This document shows, piece by piece, positions 1 through 9,317 of a stretch of 64,000 nucleotides of DNA. Both the position numbers and the translations under genes were made by a program. Under the pieces are notes generated by a model, which saw nothing but the letters and a program-made list of their open reading frames with translations, made no database searches and was not told the DNA's origin. Origin of the DNA: an archaeon. Its GTDB lineage: Archaea > Nanobdellota > Nanobdellia > SCGC-AAA011-G17 > PNOQ01. The stretch lies in contig JABHIB010000001.1 of the NCBI GenBank assembly GCA_018671245.1, positions 31,888 through 95,887 on the forward strand, given 5' to 3'. How positions within the stretch are numbered: position 1 is the first letter of the stretch; each line of letters begins with the position of its first letter.

Positions 1-66
1 CACCTTTTTTATATCTACTATAGGTGCCTTTAGATTTCTTATCTCTCTTAGTTTTTCTTTTATCAT
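1..66 (-). CDS. 5' fragment of a CDS running off the window edge (MIKEKLREIRNLKAPIVDIKKV...)
   Basis: ATG at 66 on the minus strand, 16 nt after the NAD kinase stop; open to position 1. Confidence 0.5.
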   Translation of the reverse strand, partial: MIKEKLREIRNLKAPIVDIKKV

Positions 67-82
67 AACTAGGTTCTGACAT

Positions 83-772
83 TTATACCAACTCCACTAT
101 TTTAGCAATTTTTGCCGAATTAGTTATTTTAATCTTATCTCCAGGTCTAAGGGTGATAATTTTAGGATTATTATCTACACAGAGAAGTGCAGTACCTCGA
201 ATCAATTCAAAATTAACAGTCCCTCTTTCTATTATTTTTGAAGCAATTTTTTTAGTAACATTATTCATAGTAATTCCAATTCCCTTACTAAATGATTTCT
301 TTGTTATAGAATGAAAATATCCTGTTGAGCCATAAGGTGAACTAACTGTCACACCATCTCCAATTAGATTATCATATTTTCTCTTACCGATTTTAGCTGA
401 GAACCTTATTCCACAATTTGGGATCTTATTTCTTATAGATATATCATTAACCGCAAAAGAGTTTTTACCATTAAATAAAAGTTTTAATTTTTTCTCTCTA
501 ATAAATCTAAATTCGTGATTTTCAATCTTAGAAATTATTTTTTTCAGAGATTTGAGATTATACCTTCCTCTCTTACTGTGTCTTTTATCGCTCCAGATAA
601 GAATTTTAGGTATCTCTGGGTATTTTCTTTCAGCATAAAGAAAGGTTCCATCTCCTCCTAAGCAGAATATGATATTTGGATTAAATCTTGAGTATTTTAT
701 AGTCGTACCTTTGACAGAATCTTTAATTTCTTTTATTCCTTCCTTATTATTACTGACTGCAAATATTTTCAT
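83..772 (-). CDS. nadK: NAD(+) kinase
   Basis: GGDGT, ND, GDG and GSTGY motifs. Confidence 0.85.
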   Translation of the reverse strand: MKIFAVSNNKEGIKEIKDSVKGTTIKYSRFNPNIIFCLGGDGTFLYAERKYPEIPKILIWSDKRHSKRGRYNLKSLKKIISKIENHEFRFIREKKLKLLFNGKNSFAVNDISIRNKIPNCGIRFSAKIGKRKYDNLIGDGVTVSSPYGSTGYFHSITKKSFSKGIGITMNNVTKKIASKIIERGTVNFELIRGTALLCVDNNPKIITLRPGDKIKITNSAKIAKIVELV

Positions 773-862
773 ATTCTATTTTTAATTCTTAGTTTTATAA
801 ATCTTTCCAATAGATAAGTTTATAAGGCGAACATCTATCAAAATATTCGAAAATTTCAAAAA

Positions 863-1795
863 ATGGATGCAACAAAACAAGAAATGAATAATAACATTTT
901 ATATCTAAATGAAGAATTAAATAACTTTCAGACAATTGCTGAAAACTTAATTCCTCAGGCAGAAGATTCTCCTAAATTGGAGAATATTGATATATATGGC
1001 GAATCTATCCACTTGGCAGGGAATGTAGGTGGAGATCACATAGCATATGTTGATTTTAATAAAAGATATGATCTAGAAGAAAGAATAAATATCGCAAAAG
1101 ATACAGGAAATTTCAAAATCGCAGAGAATTTAGAGAAGAATAAAAGGAGGGCAGGGATATTATTAGCAGATGTTGCTGGCCACCAAACAACAGATTCACT
1201 TCTTGCAGCAATGCTTCACCAATCATTCTTTATTGGAGCACTATATGAGTTAGATAATAATGGGGAGATAACTACAAAATTATTTGAAAATATAAATACT
1301 AGATTCTACAATTCTTCAAGTTTAAATAAATTCATAACTATGATATATGGGGAAATTTCCAATTCTGGAAAGTTTAGGTTTATTTCTGCAGCACATAGTG
1401 CACCTCTATTATTTTCAAATGAACAAGATAAGTTAGTAAAAATCAGTGAAGATAAGATAACTAATTATTTCCCAATAGGTATAGTTCCATCTATAGAAGA
1501 TATAGACAAATCTCGTTCAAATTCGGTTATGGGATTCAAAGAAAAATACGCTGTAAATGAGATAGATTTAATGGACAATAAAGATATTATGGTTCTTTAC
1601 ACTGATGGACTTAGTGATCATGCTAATTCAAGGGGAGAAAACTATGTTTCAAGAAAATTGGAATCAAAACTAAAAGAATTAAAGGAATATTCTTCTAAAG
1701 AAATTTTCTCAGGAATAAAAGATGACATTCTTTCATTTAATAAACCTGAAGATGATATAAGTTACGTAATAATAAAAAAAAATAATAATCTCTAA
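863..1795 (+). CDS. PP2C/SpoIIE (RsbU-like) Ser/Thr protein phosphatase
   Basis: VGGD, LADVAGH, YTDGL and DDIS metal-binding motifs. Confidence 0.85.
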   Translation: MDATKQEMNNNILYLNEELNNFQTIAENLIPQAEDSPKLENIDIYGESIHLAGNVGGDHIAYVDFNKRYDLEERINIAKDTGNFKIAENLEKNKRRAGILLADVAGHQTTDSLLAAMLHQSFFIGALYELDNNGEITTKLFENINTRFYNSSSLNKFITMIYGEISNSGKFRFISAAHSAPLLFSNEQDKLVKISEDKITNYFPIGIVPSIEDIDKSRSNSVMGFKEKYAVNEIDLMDNKDIMVLYTDGLSDHANSRGENYVSRKLESKLKELKEYSSKEIFSGIKDDILSFNKPEDDISYVIIKKNNNL

Positions 1796-1808
1796 GATAA
1801 CTTAGAGA
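1789..1808. terminator. perfect 8-4-8 inverted repeat between convergent genes; possible bidirectional terminator
   Basis: TCTCTAAG-ATAA-CTTAGAGA at the junction of the PP2C and thioredoxin 3' ends. Confidence 0.4.
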
Positions 1809-1811
1809 AAA

Positions 1812-2174
1812 TTAATCTTGCTTTTTTAACAAAAATTCACTAATCTTGCTTTCAAATTCTTGTTTTTGTAGAGCACCTCTTGCCATTCTAGGTTCTCCAT
1901 CAGTTGGAATAAACAATAAAGTAGGGATGCTCATAATATCAAACATACCTGCCAACTCTTTTTCTTCTTCAGTATTAATCTTATAGATATTAATTTTCCC
2001 CTTATATTCTTCAGCTAATTCATCTAGGATAGGCGCAATCATTTTACACGGCCCGCACCAATCAGCATAAAAATCAACTATTGCTGGGATATCTCCCTCA
2101 TATTTCCAATCTTTATTTTTTTCGTAATTAAATATTTTGTCTTTAAATGTTTCTTTTGTTAAATTTTCTACCAT
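1812..2174 (-). CDS. trxA: thioredoxin
   Basis: DFYADWCGPC active site and SIPT cis-Pro motif; start chosen from AGGAG spacing. Confidence 0.95.
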   Translation of the reverse strand: MVENLTKETFKDKIFNYEKNKDWKYEGDIPAIVDFYADWCGPCKMIAPILDELAEEYKGKINIYKINTEEEKELAGMFDIMSIPTLLFIPTDGEPRMARGALQKQEFESKISEFLLKKQD

Positions 2175-2185
2175 TTTCATTTCTC

Positions 2186-3124
2186 CTATTTCCAATCTAT
2201 GGAAATGTTTGCTTTATCTCCTTGAATATATCTGTAAACTTCTAATCCTGCTTTTGCTCCCTCTCCTGCAGAAATAATAGTCTGCTTAAATGGGACAGTT
2301 GTTACATCTCCAGCAGCAAAAAATCCAGGCAATGAAGTTCTACATCTATCATCTACTTTAATCTCTCCAATTTCATTAAGTTCAACTAGTTTTTCAACAA
2401 AATCCGTTTTCAACTCATATCCAATTTCTATAAATACTCCATCAACTTTCAATTCATCTTCTTCATTTGTTTTAACATTCTCTACAACTAGTTTTTCAAC
2501 AATATCTTCTCCAGATACTTCTTTAGGTATGCTATCAAGAACTGTTTCTATCTTTTTTGAGTTATTTATTCTATCTACAGTAATTTCGTCACCTCTAAAT
2601 TCATCCCTTCTATGGATTAAATATATCTTATCTGCAAATTTTTCCAAAAGTATTGCTGCATCCATGGCAGAGTTCCCACCACCGATAACTGCAACAGTTT
2701 TCTTATTAAAGAAAGCTGCATCACAAGTAGCACAAGTTGAAACTCCTCTCCCCATAAATTTAGCTTCTCCAGGGATACCTAATTTTCTTGCAGTCTTTCC
2801 AGAAGCCAAGATAACAGTCTTACTTTCATAAGTTTCACCATTAGATAAGTTTAATTGGAAATTTCCATCTTCCTTCTTGATAATATGATCTACCTCTCCA
2901 AAAATAAACTCTGATCCAAATTTTTCTGCCTGTTCTCTAAATTTTGACATCAAATTAGCACCTTGCATAGGATCAACTCCTGGATAGTTTTCAATATTAT
3001 CTGTTAAAAGTGTCTGGCCCCCAACATCTATAGTAAGTATGGCCGTTTTCAATTTTTTTCTTCCAGTATATAATGCTGCAGTTAATCCTGCTGCACCTCC
3101 ACCAATAATTAAAACATCATACAT
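2186..3124 (-). CDS. trxB: thioredoxin-disulfide reductase
   Basis: GGGAAG FAD motif, CATCD, GGGNSA, HRRDEFR, FAAGD. Confidence 0.95.
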   Translation of the reverse strand: MYDVLIIGGGAAGLTAALYTGRKKLKTAILTIDVGGQTLLTDNIENYPGVDPMQGANLMSKFREQAEKFGSEFIFGEVDHIIKKEDGNFQLNLSNGETYESKTVILASGKTARKLGIPGEAKFMGRGVSTCATCDAAFFNKKTVAVIGGGNSAMDAAILLEKFADKIYLIHRRDEFRGDEITVDRINNSKKIETVLDSIPKEVSGEDIVEKLVVENVKTNEEDELKVDGVFIEIGYELKTDFVEKLVELNEIGEIKVDDRCRTSLPGFFAAGDVTTVPFKQTIISAGEGAKAGLEVYRYIQGDKANISIDWK

Positions 3125-4220
3125 TTTTATCTCTAGCCTCCACTCTTTCCTTGGCTATCTCCATAGATGCATCTCTAGGTTTTATGTTTTTTTCTTTAGA
3201 TCTCTCCAACATCTCTAGAGTATTTGCAGTGATTTTCTCTTCTACTATCTCAAACATCTTTTCAGGTGTCCCTTCTATAGTTTCAACATAAGATGAGATA
3301 ACTCCTCCTGCATTTGCAACAAAGTCAGGGATAACTAGAATTCCTTTTTTATGGAATTCTTCTTCTATTTCTTCACTAATCGGAAGATTAGAACCACAAG
3401 GTATAATTTTTGCTTTTATTGAATCTTTATTCTCATTAGTTATCAAATCTGGAATAGCCGCAGGAATTAGGATTTCAACATCCAATGCCAATAAATCCTT
3501 AGATTCTAGTTTTTCTCCTTCTTCATAATTAATAACAGATCCACTTTCTTCTTTAACTTTCATTAATTTATCATAATCTAGTCCTTCCTTGTTATAGATA
3601 GTCCCTTTTGAATCTGAGACTCCTACTACCTTAATTCCTTTTTCTGTTAGAAATTTCATTAGGAATGTTCCAACATTTCCAAATCCTTCGATGGCAACAC
3701 TTATTTCTTCATGTTTTAATCCAAGATGTTCGATGGCAACTAGGGTAGAATGATAAACTCCAAATCCCGTACTTCCAAGTTCATGAGGTAATCCTCCCAT
3801 TTCAGCAGGTTTTCCTGTGCAAGATTTTTTATCACCATTAGCATTAGCGAAGATTTCCATCTCATGCTCTGCCATATTCATATCTGGTCCTGCAATATAT
3901 AATTCTGGAGTAACTTCTTTTATCGCTTTAGAAAATGCTGCAACAATTTCATCTTTTTCTTCTTGACTAATTTTTTTATCATCTGCTATAATTCCGGATT
4001 TAGCACCACCAAATGGAATATCTGCCAAAGCATTTTTCCAAGTCATAGTTTCAGCTAGCCTATATACTTCCTCTACATCTACAGTAGGAGTCATTCTTAT
4101 TCCTCCTTTTCCTGGCCCAAGATTAGTATTATGTATAACAGTAACACCTCTCATTCCAGTTTTAGGATCATATACTTGTATTATTTTTTCTGGTCCAAAT
4201 TTATCATATTTTATTTTCAT
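3117..4220 (-). CDS. gdhA: Glu/Leu/Phe/Val dehydrogenase (glutamate dehydrogenase-like)
   Basis: GPGKGGIR, GGAKSG, GFGNVG, PDFVANAGGV. Confidence 0.88.
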   Translation of the reverse strand: MKIKYDKFGPEKIIQVYDPKTGMRGVTVIHNTNLGPGKGGIRMTPTVDVEEVYRLAETMTWKNALADIPFGGAKSGIIADDKKISQEEKDEIVAAFSKAIKEVTPELYIAGPDMNMAEHEMEIFANANGDKKSCTGKPAEMGGLPHELGSTGFGVYHSTLVAIEHLGLKHEEISVAIEGFGNVGTFLMKFLTEKGIKVVGVSDSKGTIYNKEGLDYDKLMKVKEESGSVINYEEGEKLESKDLLALDVEILIPAAIPDLITNENKDSIKAKIIPCGSNLPISEEIEEEFHKKGILVIPDFVANAGGVISSYVETIEGTPEKMFEIVEEKITANTLEMLERSKEKNIKPRDASMEIAKERVEARDKNV

Positions 4221-4594
4221 TTTGATCTCCACAATCCATGAAGATTACAATATGCTCTTGCAACTACATCTTCTGAATCTATCTTAAACTCTGCCTCAGG
4301 TTTATCTCCAGCTTTCAAAAATTTCTTATAACTTTTTTTGCTTGAGGTTATCTCTATCCACTCGATATGGTGTTCTTCATCACTCGGGTGTTCGACAGAA
4401 CCTACTTTCACTATTACACTACCATCAACCCTTTCAATTATTGGAACATGTTTTTCATTTGAAGCATCTTCTGTATTCTCTTCCATATTCTGCATCGGTT
4501 CTCCACAACAAAAGAGAGGTGCTGAAGCCTCATGTAATACTTCAACAATGTTGCCACAAATCTGACATTTGTATATTTGTTTTTTTTCTGTCAT
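4217..4594 (-). CDS. dfx: desulfoferrodoxin / superoxide reductase
   Basis: YKCQICGN...CCG desulforedoxin domain, EKHVP, HP..EEHHI, YCNLHGLW. Confidence 0.95.
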   Translation of the reverse strand: MTEKKQIYKCQICGNIVEVLHEASAPLFCCGEPMQNMEENTEDASNEKHVPIIERVDGSVIVKVGSVEHPSDEEHHIEWIEITSSKKSYKKFLKAGDKPEAEFKIDSEDVVARAYCNLHGLWRSK

Positions 4595-4604
4595 CTTATT
4601 ATCC

Positions 4605-5132
4605 TTAAAAGTTAACCATATCTTCTGGTTCAAAATATTCTTTTTTATGTTTACATGATGGACATACTGCTAAAGGTTCAGTACCTTCGTGAATGTATCC
4701 ACATTTACTACATTTCCATTTTATTGGTTCTTCTCTTTTGTATACTGTCCCCTCTTCAACCATTTTTAGAAGTTTTTCATATCTCTCTTCATGGTGTTTT
4801 TCAGTTTTACCAATTACTTCAAACAATTTTGCAGCTTCTTCATTCCCTTCTTCTCTAGCTTCTTTTGCAAATGTAGGGTACATATCTTCAGTTTCATAAT
4901 GTTCTCCATCGATTGCAGCCTTCAAATTAGTTTTAGTATCATTAATTCCATTTAATAATTTAAATTCATCTTTTGCATGTTGCATCTCATTAGCTGCTGT
5001 TTCTTCAAAAACTTTTGAGATGTAGTGGTATCCTTCTTTTTTTGCAACTTTAGCAAAATAAGTATATTTATTTCTCGCCTGACTTTCACCTGCAAATGCA
5101 GCCTTCAAATTTTTTTCTGTTTTAGTTTCCAT
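4605..5132 (-). CDS. rbr: rubrerythrin
   Basis: AFAGESQARNKY, ExxH pairs, C-terminal CxxC...CxxC rubredoxin domain. Confidence 0.95.
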   Translation of the reverse strand: METKTEKNLKAAFAGESQARNKYTYFAKVAKKEGYHYISKVFEETAANEMQHAKDEFKLLNGINDTKTNLKAAIDGEHYETEDMYPTFAKEAREEGNEEAAKLFEVIGKTEKHHEERYEKLLKMVEEGTVYKREEPIKWKCSKCGYIHEGTEPLAVCPSCKHKKEYFEPEDMVNF

Positions 5133-5143
5133 TTTTAATCTCC

Positions 5144-5434
5144 TCAACATGAATTTAATCCATATTTTTCAGTATGTTTTTTTACGGCTTTTAGAATTGG
5201 TTCAATAGTATCTTTGTTTAGGGAGTATATTCTTTGTTTTCCATCTTGTTCAACAGTAACAAACCCATTTTTTTCTAAACATTGTAAGTTATGACTTATT
5301 CTACTTTGTTCCATTCCTAATTCGCTAGTCAATTGACTAACATTTTTAGGTTTATCTTTTAGACTTAATACAATGCTTAAACGTGTATCATTACATAACG
5401 CCTTAAAAAATCCCATATATGTTAAATCAATCAT
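5144..5434 (-). CDS. ArsR/SmtB family transcriptional regulator
   Basis: FKALCNDTRL, VSQL...EQSRISHNL...YSL wHTH signature. Confidence 0.9.
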   Translation of the reverse strand: MIDLTYMGFFKALCNDTRLSIVLSLKDKPKNVSQLTSELGMEQSRISHNLQCLEKNGFVTVEQDGKQRIYSLNKDTIEPILKAVKKHTEKYGLNSC

Positions 5435-5467
5435 ATGATAAACACATCATATGTTATATATAAATGT
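5432..5467 (-). promoter_or_regulatory. arsR promoter with palindromic operator
   Basis: CATATGAT-AAACAC-ATCATATG (5432-5453) just downstream of a TTTATATA TATA box on the minus strand. Confidence 0.65.
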
Positions 5468-5469
5468 TT

Positions 5470-7632
5470 CTATATCCTTTTCTTCTTCAATAATAATGAA
5501 TTCATAACTACACTAACCGAACTCATAGCCATCGCTCCACCAGCCAACATAGGATTCAATAACCACCCAGTAAATGGATATAATATCCCTGCAGCAACAG
5601 GAATCCCCATCGAATTATAGAACAAGGCCCAAAACATATTCTGACGAATTTTAGACATGGTAATCTTGCTTAATCTTATTGCCTTAGCAATATCCATTAA
5701 ATCATTCTTGATAAGTACTATATTCCCAGTTTCCATGGCAACATCTGTTCCGGATCCCATTGCAATACCTATTTCCGCTTGAGCTAAAGCTGGAGCATCA
5801 TTTATTCCATCTCCAACCATAGCAACAGGTCCATACCTTTGTAATTTTTTAACATACTTGGCCTTATCTTCTGGAAGAACTTCTGCAAAAACATTTTTTA
5901 TTCCAGCAAGTTTAGCAATTGCATTGGCAGTATTTTTATTGTCTCCAGTAATCATATAAATTTTAATTCCTAATTTTTGTAATGCCTTAACAGCCATAGC
6001 AGAAGTTTCTTTTATTGTATCTGCAACAGCAATTAAACCAATAAGTTTCCTATTTTCTGCTAAATACATAACAGTTTTACCTTCTTTCTCAATATCAGTT
6101 ACATCACTAATATTATTTATTCCAATGGTCTTCATTAGTCTTGCAGTTCCAAAGTAATATTTTTTCTTTCCGATATTGGATCTTATTCCCTGTCCTGGAA
6201 TTGATTCAAAATTAGAAATTTTATTCAAACCAATTTTATCTTTTTTCGCCTTTTCAACTATTGCTTCCCCCAATGGATGTTCTGAATTTTTTTCCATACT
6301 TGCTGCTATTTTCAAGATTTCTTTTTCACTTTTATCAAAGTGGATTATGTTTGTTACTTCAGGAATTCCCTTAGTTATTGTTCCAGTTTTATCAAAGATT
6401 AAATATTTCAACTTATGTGCCATTTCTAAAGAATCTCCTCCTTTGATTAAAATGCCATTTTTCGCGCCCTTACCTGTTCCAACCATTATTGCAGTAGGGG
6501 TAGCCAATCCTAGTGCACAAGGACAAGCAATAACAAGAACTGCTACAGAAGTGATCATAGCAAAAGAAAGGTCAGTATCAAATATGTAATACCAACTAAC
6601 AAATGTCAAAATTGCAATTAAAATAACAGCTGGAACAAAATAGGCAGAAACATTATCTGCAAATCTTTGTATTGGGGCTTTTCTACCTTGGGCATCTTCA
6701 ATTAATCTTATTATGCCTGCCAAAGTAGTATTTTTCCCAATTTTTGTAGCTTTAAATTTAAAGGCTCCTTGTTTATTTATTGTTCCTCCAATAACCTCAT
6801 CCCTAATTTTCTTATTAACTGGAATGCTCTCTCCAGTGATCATAGATTCATCAATACTGGAATGTCCCTCAATGATAATCCCATCTACTGGAATTTTTCC
6901 ACCAGGTTTAACTAAAATAATATCATTTAATTCTATTTCAGAGATTTTAACAACAATTTCATTTCCATTTCTAATAACTGTAGCTTTTTTTGGAGATAGA
7001 TACATTAATTTTTTTATAGCTTCAGAAGTTTTTCCCTTAGCTTTAGCTTCTAAATATTTTCCAAATATGACAAGAGTAATCAATACTGCAGATGCCTCAA
7101 AATATTGATGACCAACTCCAGATAAAACCACATAAACACTAAAAAAATATGCTGCACTTGTTCCTAATGCAACCAATGTATCCATATTGGCAGATTTATT
7201 CTTTAAAGCTGCCCAAGCCCCTCTATAGAACTGTAATCCTATATAAAATTGAACAGGAGTCGCTAAAATCCATAAAATATAATCTTGAGAAGGCAATGGA
7301 TTTTTCATAAAAAACATGCCTAAAATAAATGCAGGGATTGCAAAAATAGATGAAATTAATAATTTTTCTTTTAAGTTTGAAATTTCCTCTTTCTCTCTTT
7401 GTTCTTGTTTTTTTCTATCTTTTTCTAAATTTGCAGAATATCCAAGGGATTCGATCTTTTTGATAAAGTCATTTTCACTAATTTTCGATTCATTATATTC
7501 TATATTTGCATTAGAAGTAGAAAAATTAACATTAGATGTTTTTACACCCTCTAATTTTTTAAGAGATCTTTCTATCAAAGTAGAACAACTTGCACAATGC
7601 ATTCCCGAAACATTCAATTTAATTTTTTTCAT
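5470..7632 (-). CDS. copA: copper-translocating P1B-type ATPase
   Basis: GMHCASC HMA domain, TGES, CPC, DKTGT, HP, GDGIND, YN and MxxSS. Confidence 0.95.
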   Translation of the reverse strand: MKKIKLNVSGMHCASCSTLIERSLKKLEGVKTSNVNFSTSNANIEYNESKISENDFIKKIESLGYSANLEKDRKKQEQREKEEISNLKEKLLISSIFAIPAFILGMFFMKNPLPSQDYILWILATPVQFYIGLQFYRGAWAALKNKSANMDTLVALGTSAAYFFSVYVVLSGVGHQYFEASAVLITLVIFGKYLEAKAKGKTSEAIKKLMYLSPKKATVIRNGNEIVVKISEIELNDIILVKPGGKIPVDGIIIEGHSSIDESMITGESIPVNKKIRDEVIGGTINKQGAFKFKATKIGKNTTLAGIIRLIEDAQGRKAPIQRFADNVSAYFVPAVILIAILTFVSWYYIFDTDLSFAMITSVAVLVIACPCALGLATPTAIMVGTGKGAKNGILIKGGDSLEMAHKLKYLIFDKTGTITKGIPEVTNIIHFDKSEKEILKIAASMEKNSEHPLGEAIVEKAKKDKIGLNKISNFESIPGQGIRSNIGKKKYYFGTARLMKTIGINNISDVTDIEKEGKTVMYLAENRKLIGLIAVADTIKETSAMAVKALQKLGIKIYMITGDNKNTANAIAKLAGIKNVFAEVLPEDKAKYVKKLQRYGPVAMVGDGINDAPALAQAEIGIAMGSGTDVAMETGNIVLIKNDLMDIAKAIRLSKITMSKIRQNMFWALFYNSMGIPVAAGILYPFTGWLLNPMLAGGAMAMSSVSVVMNSLLLKKKRI

Positions 7633-7651
7633 TATTATTTAAAAAAAATCA

Positions 7652-9067
7652 TCAACTTCCTCCACATCCGCATCCTCCACCACTAGCACCACAAGAACCT
7701 CCAGAAGAAGGAGGAACTGTTTGTTCTAATTCATTTGGTGAAGCTTTAGCTAGGTCATCAACAACAATAAATGTGCCAGGGATCATTCCCATCCAACAAC
7801 TCCATGCTACTGTCCCACTTTCAGTTGGTGTAAACTCTATTATCTTTTCGCCAGGAGTTACATCAAAGTCTAAATTATATTTTGGAACTTGAATAGCATT
7901 GTTACATCCAGTTATTTCTATACCGTCCACTATCCACCTTACAGGGATTCCTTTTTGTAAAACAAATCTATCTGGAGACCACCCGCTATAAAGGACATCC
8001 ATTCTTATTTCCTGATATCCATCTTTCAATACTGCAACTTCATCAGAAGGTAAATCTGCATAGTTGGATCCAACTACATTTCCACTAATTAAACTGTTTG
8101 CATCATATCCACTTCCAGTCAAAGCAACTCCTCTATTCATCATAACTGCACCAAGTAAAATTATTACAATTGCAGAAATTTTCAAGATTCTTTTTGTAGA
8201 ATTTGAACTAATTAATGATGTAATCACTCCAAATCCTATTAGTACAGGTAATGTTCCTAATCCAAATGCTGCCAAACTCATTGCCCCATCAATCATATTT
8301 CCGGTTCCAGCAGCATAGATATACATTGCTTGTAAAGGTCCGCATGCAATAAGTAAGCTATTCAATAATCCAATTTTAAATGGATTTTTAGATTTATGAG
8401 ACTCTACAGCATACTTATTCAAAAACTTTGGAGATTTTATTCTAATCCTCTTCAACCAAGGGAATATGTTTAACATATTTAATCCGAATATCACTAAAAA
8501 TAATCCTGCAAAGATTGCAGCATAACCTCTTAACTGAGGTGTGAATGCTATGAATGATCCAAACAACCCAAACAAACCACCAATTACTGCATAACCTAGA
8601 GTTTTACCTGCACCATATTCGAAATGAGATCTCCATTTATTTTTTGATTTAGTAGCATAAGAAATTACAAATCCTCCACACATTCCCATGCAATGAAATC
8701 CTGTTAATAGTCCTAGAAAAAATAATATTCCTAATGATGCTTCTTTTGTCAGATCTGGAAAAAAATCAAAACCAATTGTGCTTTTTACAATTAAATATGC
8801 TCCAAATATTAAAAAAGCTAATCCTGCTGCAATTGACAGGTGCAGGTTAGTCTTTTTGGGTTTAGTTAGATTTGGGACATATCCTCTTTGGGTTATTGCT
8901 TCAGATATTTCATCTAGAGTAATCTTATTTTCATCAAATCTTATTACAACTTTGCCCGTCACATAGTTTGCATTTATTTCTTCAACTTTATCTTCTAATG
9001 ATTTTTCTAATATCTTTTCACAACCTGTACAGGTCATACCAGAAATATATATTGTTTTTTTTATCAT
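7652..9067 (-). CDS. HMA + TauE/DsbD_2-like membrane domain + cupredoxin-like domain protein
   Basis: GMTCTGC, GFHCMGMCGG, ACG, C-terminal CNN...WSCWMGM and a Gly/Cys tail. Confidence 0.8.
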   Translation of the reverse strand: MIKKTIYISGMTCTGCEKILEKSLEDKVEEINANYVTGKVVIRFDENKITLDEISEAITQRGYVPNLTKPKKTNLHLSIAAGLAFLIFGAYLIVKSTIGFDFFPDLTKEASLGILFFLGLLTGFHCMGMCGGFVISYATKSKNKWRSHFEYGAGKTLGYAVIGGLFGLFGSFIAFTPQLRGYAAIFAGLFLVIFGLNMLNIFPWLKRIRIKSPKFLNKYAVESHKSKNPFKIGLLNSLLIACGPLQAMYIYAAGTGNMIDGAMSLAAFGLGTLPVLIGFGVITSLISSNSTKRILKISAIVIILLGAVMMNRGVALTGSGYDANSLISGNVVGSNYADLPSDEVAVLKDGYQEIRMDVLYSGWSPDRFVLQKGIPVRWIVDGIEITGCNNAIQVPKYNLDFDVTPGEKIIEFTPTESGTVAWSCWMGMIPGTFIVVDDLAKASPNELEQTVPPSSGGSCGASGGGCGCGGS

Positions 9068-9267
9068 ATTTTATATCCCTCTTTTATTATCAATGCTCTA
9101 ACTACGTTTAATGTTTCATTAGATCCATTAAAATTCAATTCAATTATGTCTTTTTTGTGATTGGGAATTACATTTACAACTCCAGAAATATTTTCAAGTT
9201 CTTCTTTCAAAATAATCTCACAACTTTTGCAATGCATCCCCTCAACTTTCAATATTACGTTCTTCAT
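9064..9267 (-). CDS. copZ: copper chaperone (HMA domain)
   Basis: VEGMHCKSC, 67 aa, terminal GY. Confidence 0.88.
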   Translation of the reverse strand: MKNVILKVEGMHCKSCEIILKEELENISGVVNVIPNHKKDIIELNFNGSNETLNVVRALIIKEGYKI

Positions 9268-9317
9268 AATATTATTGGTGGGTGAAACAACTTATAAGCA
9301 ATTGTAAGAAACTAGTT

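Noticed and set aside
7640..7660. selenocysteine/readthrough at the TGA after the Cys-rich tail
   Set aside because: Two tandem TGA codons followed by an oligo-T run; no SECIS-like structure seen
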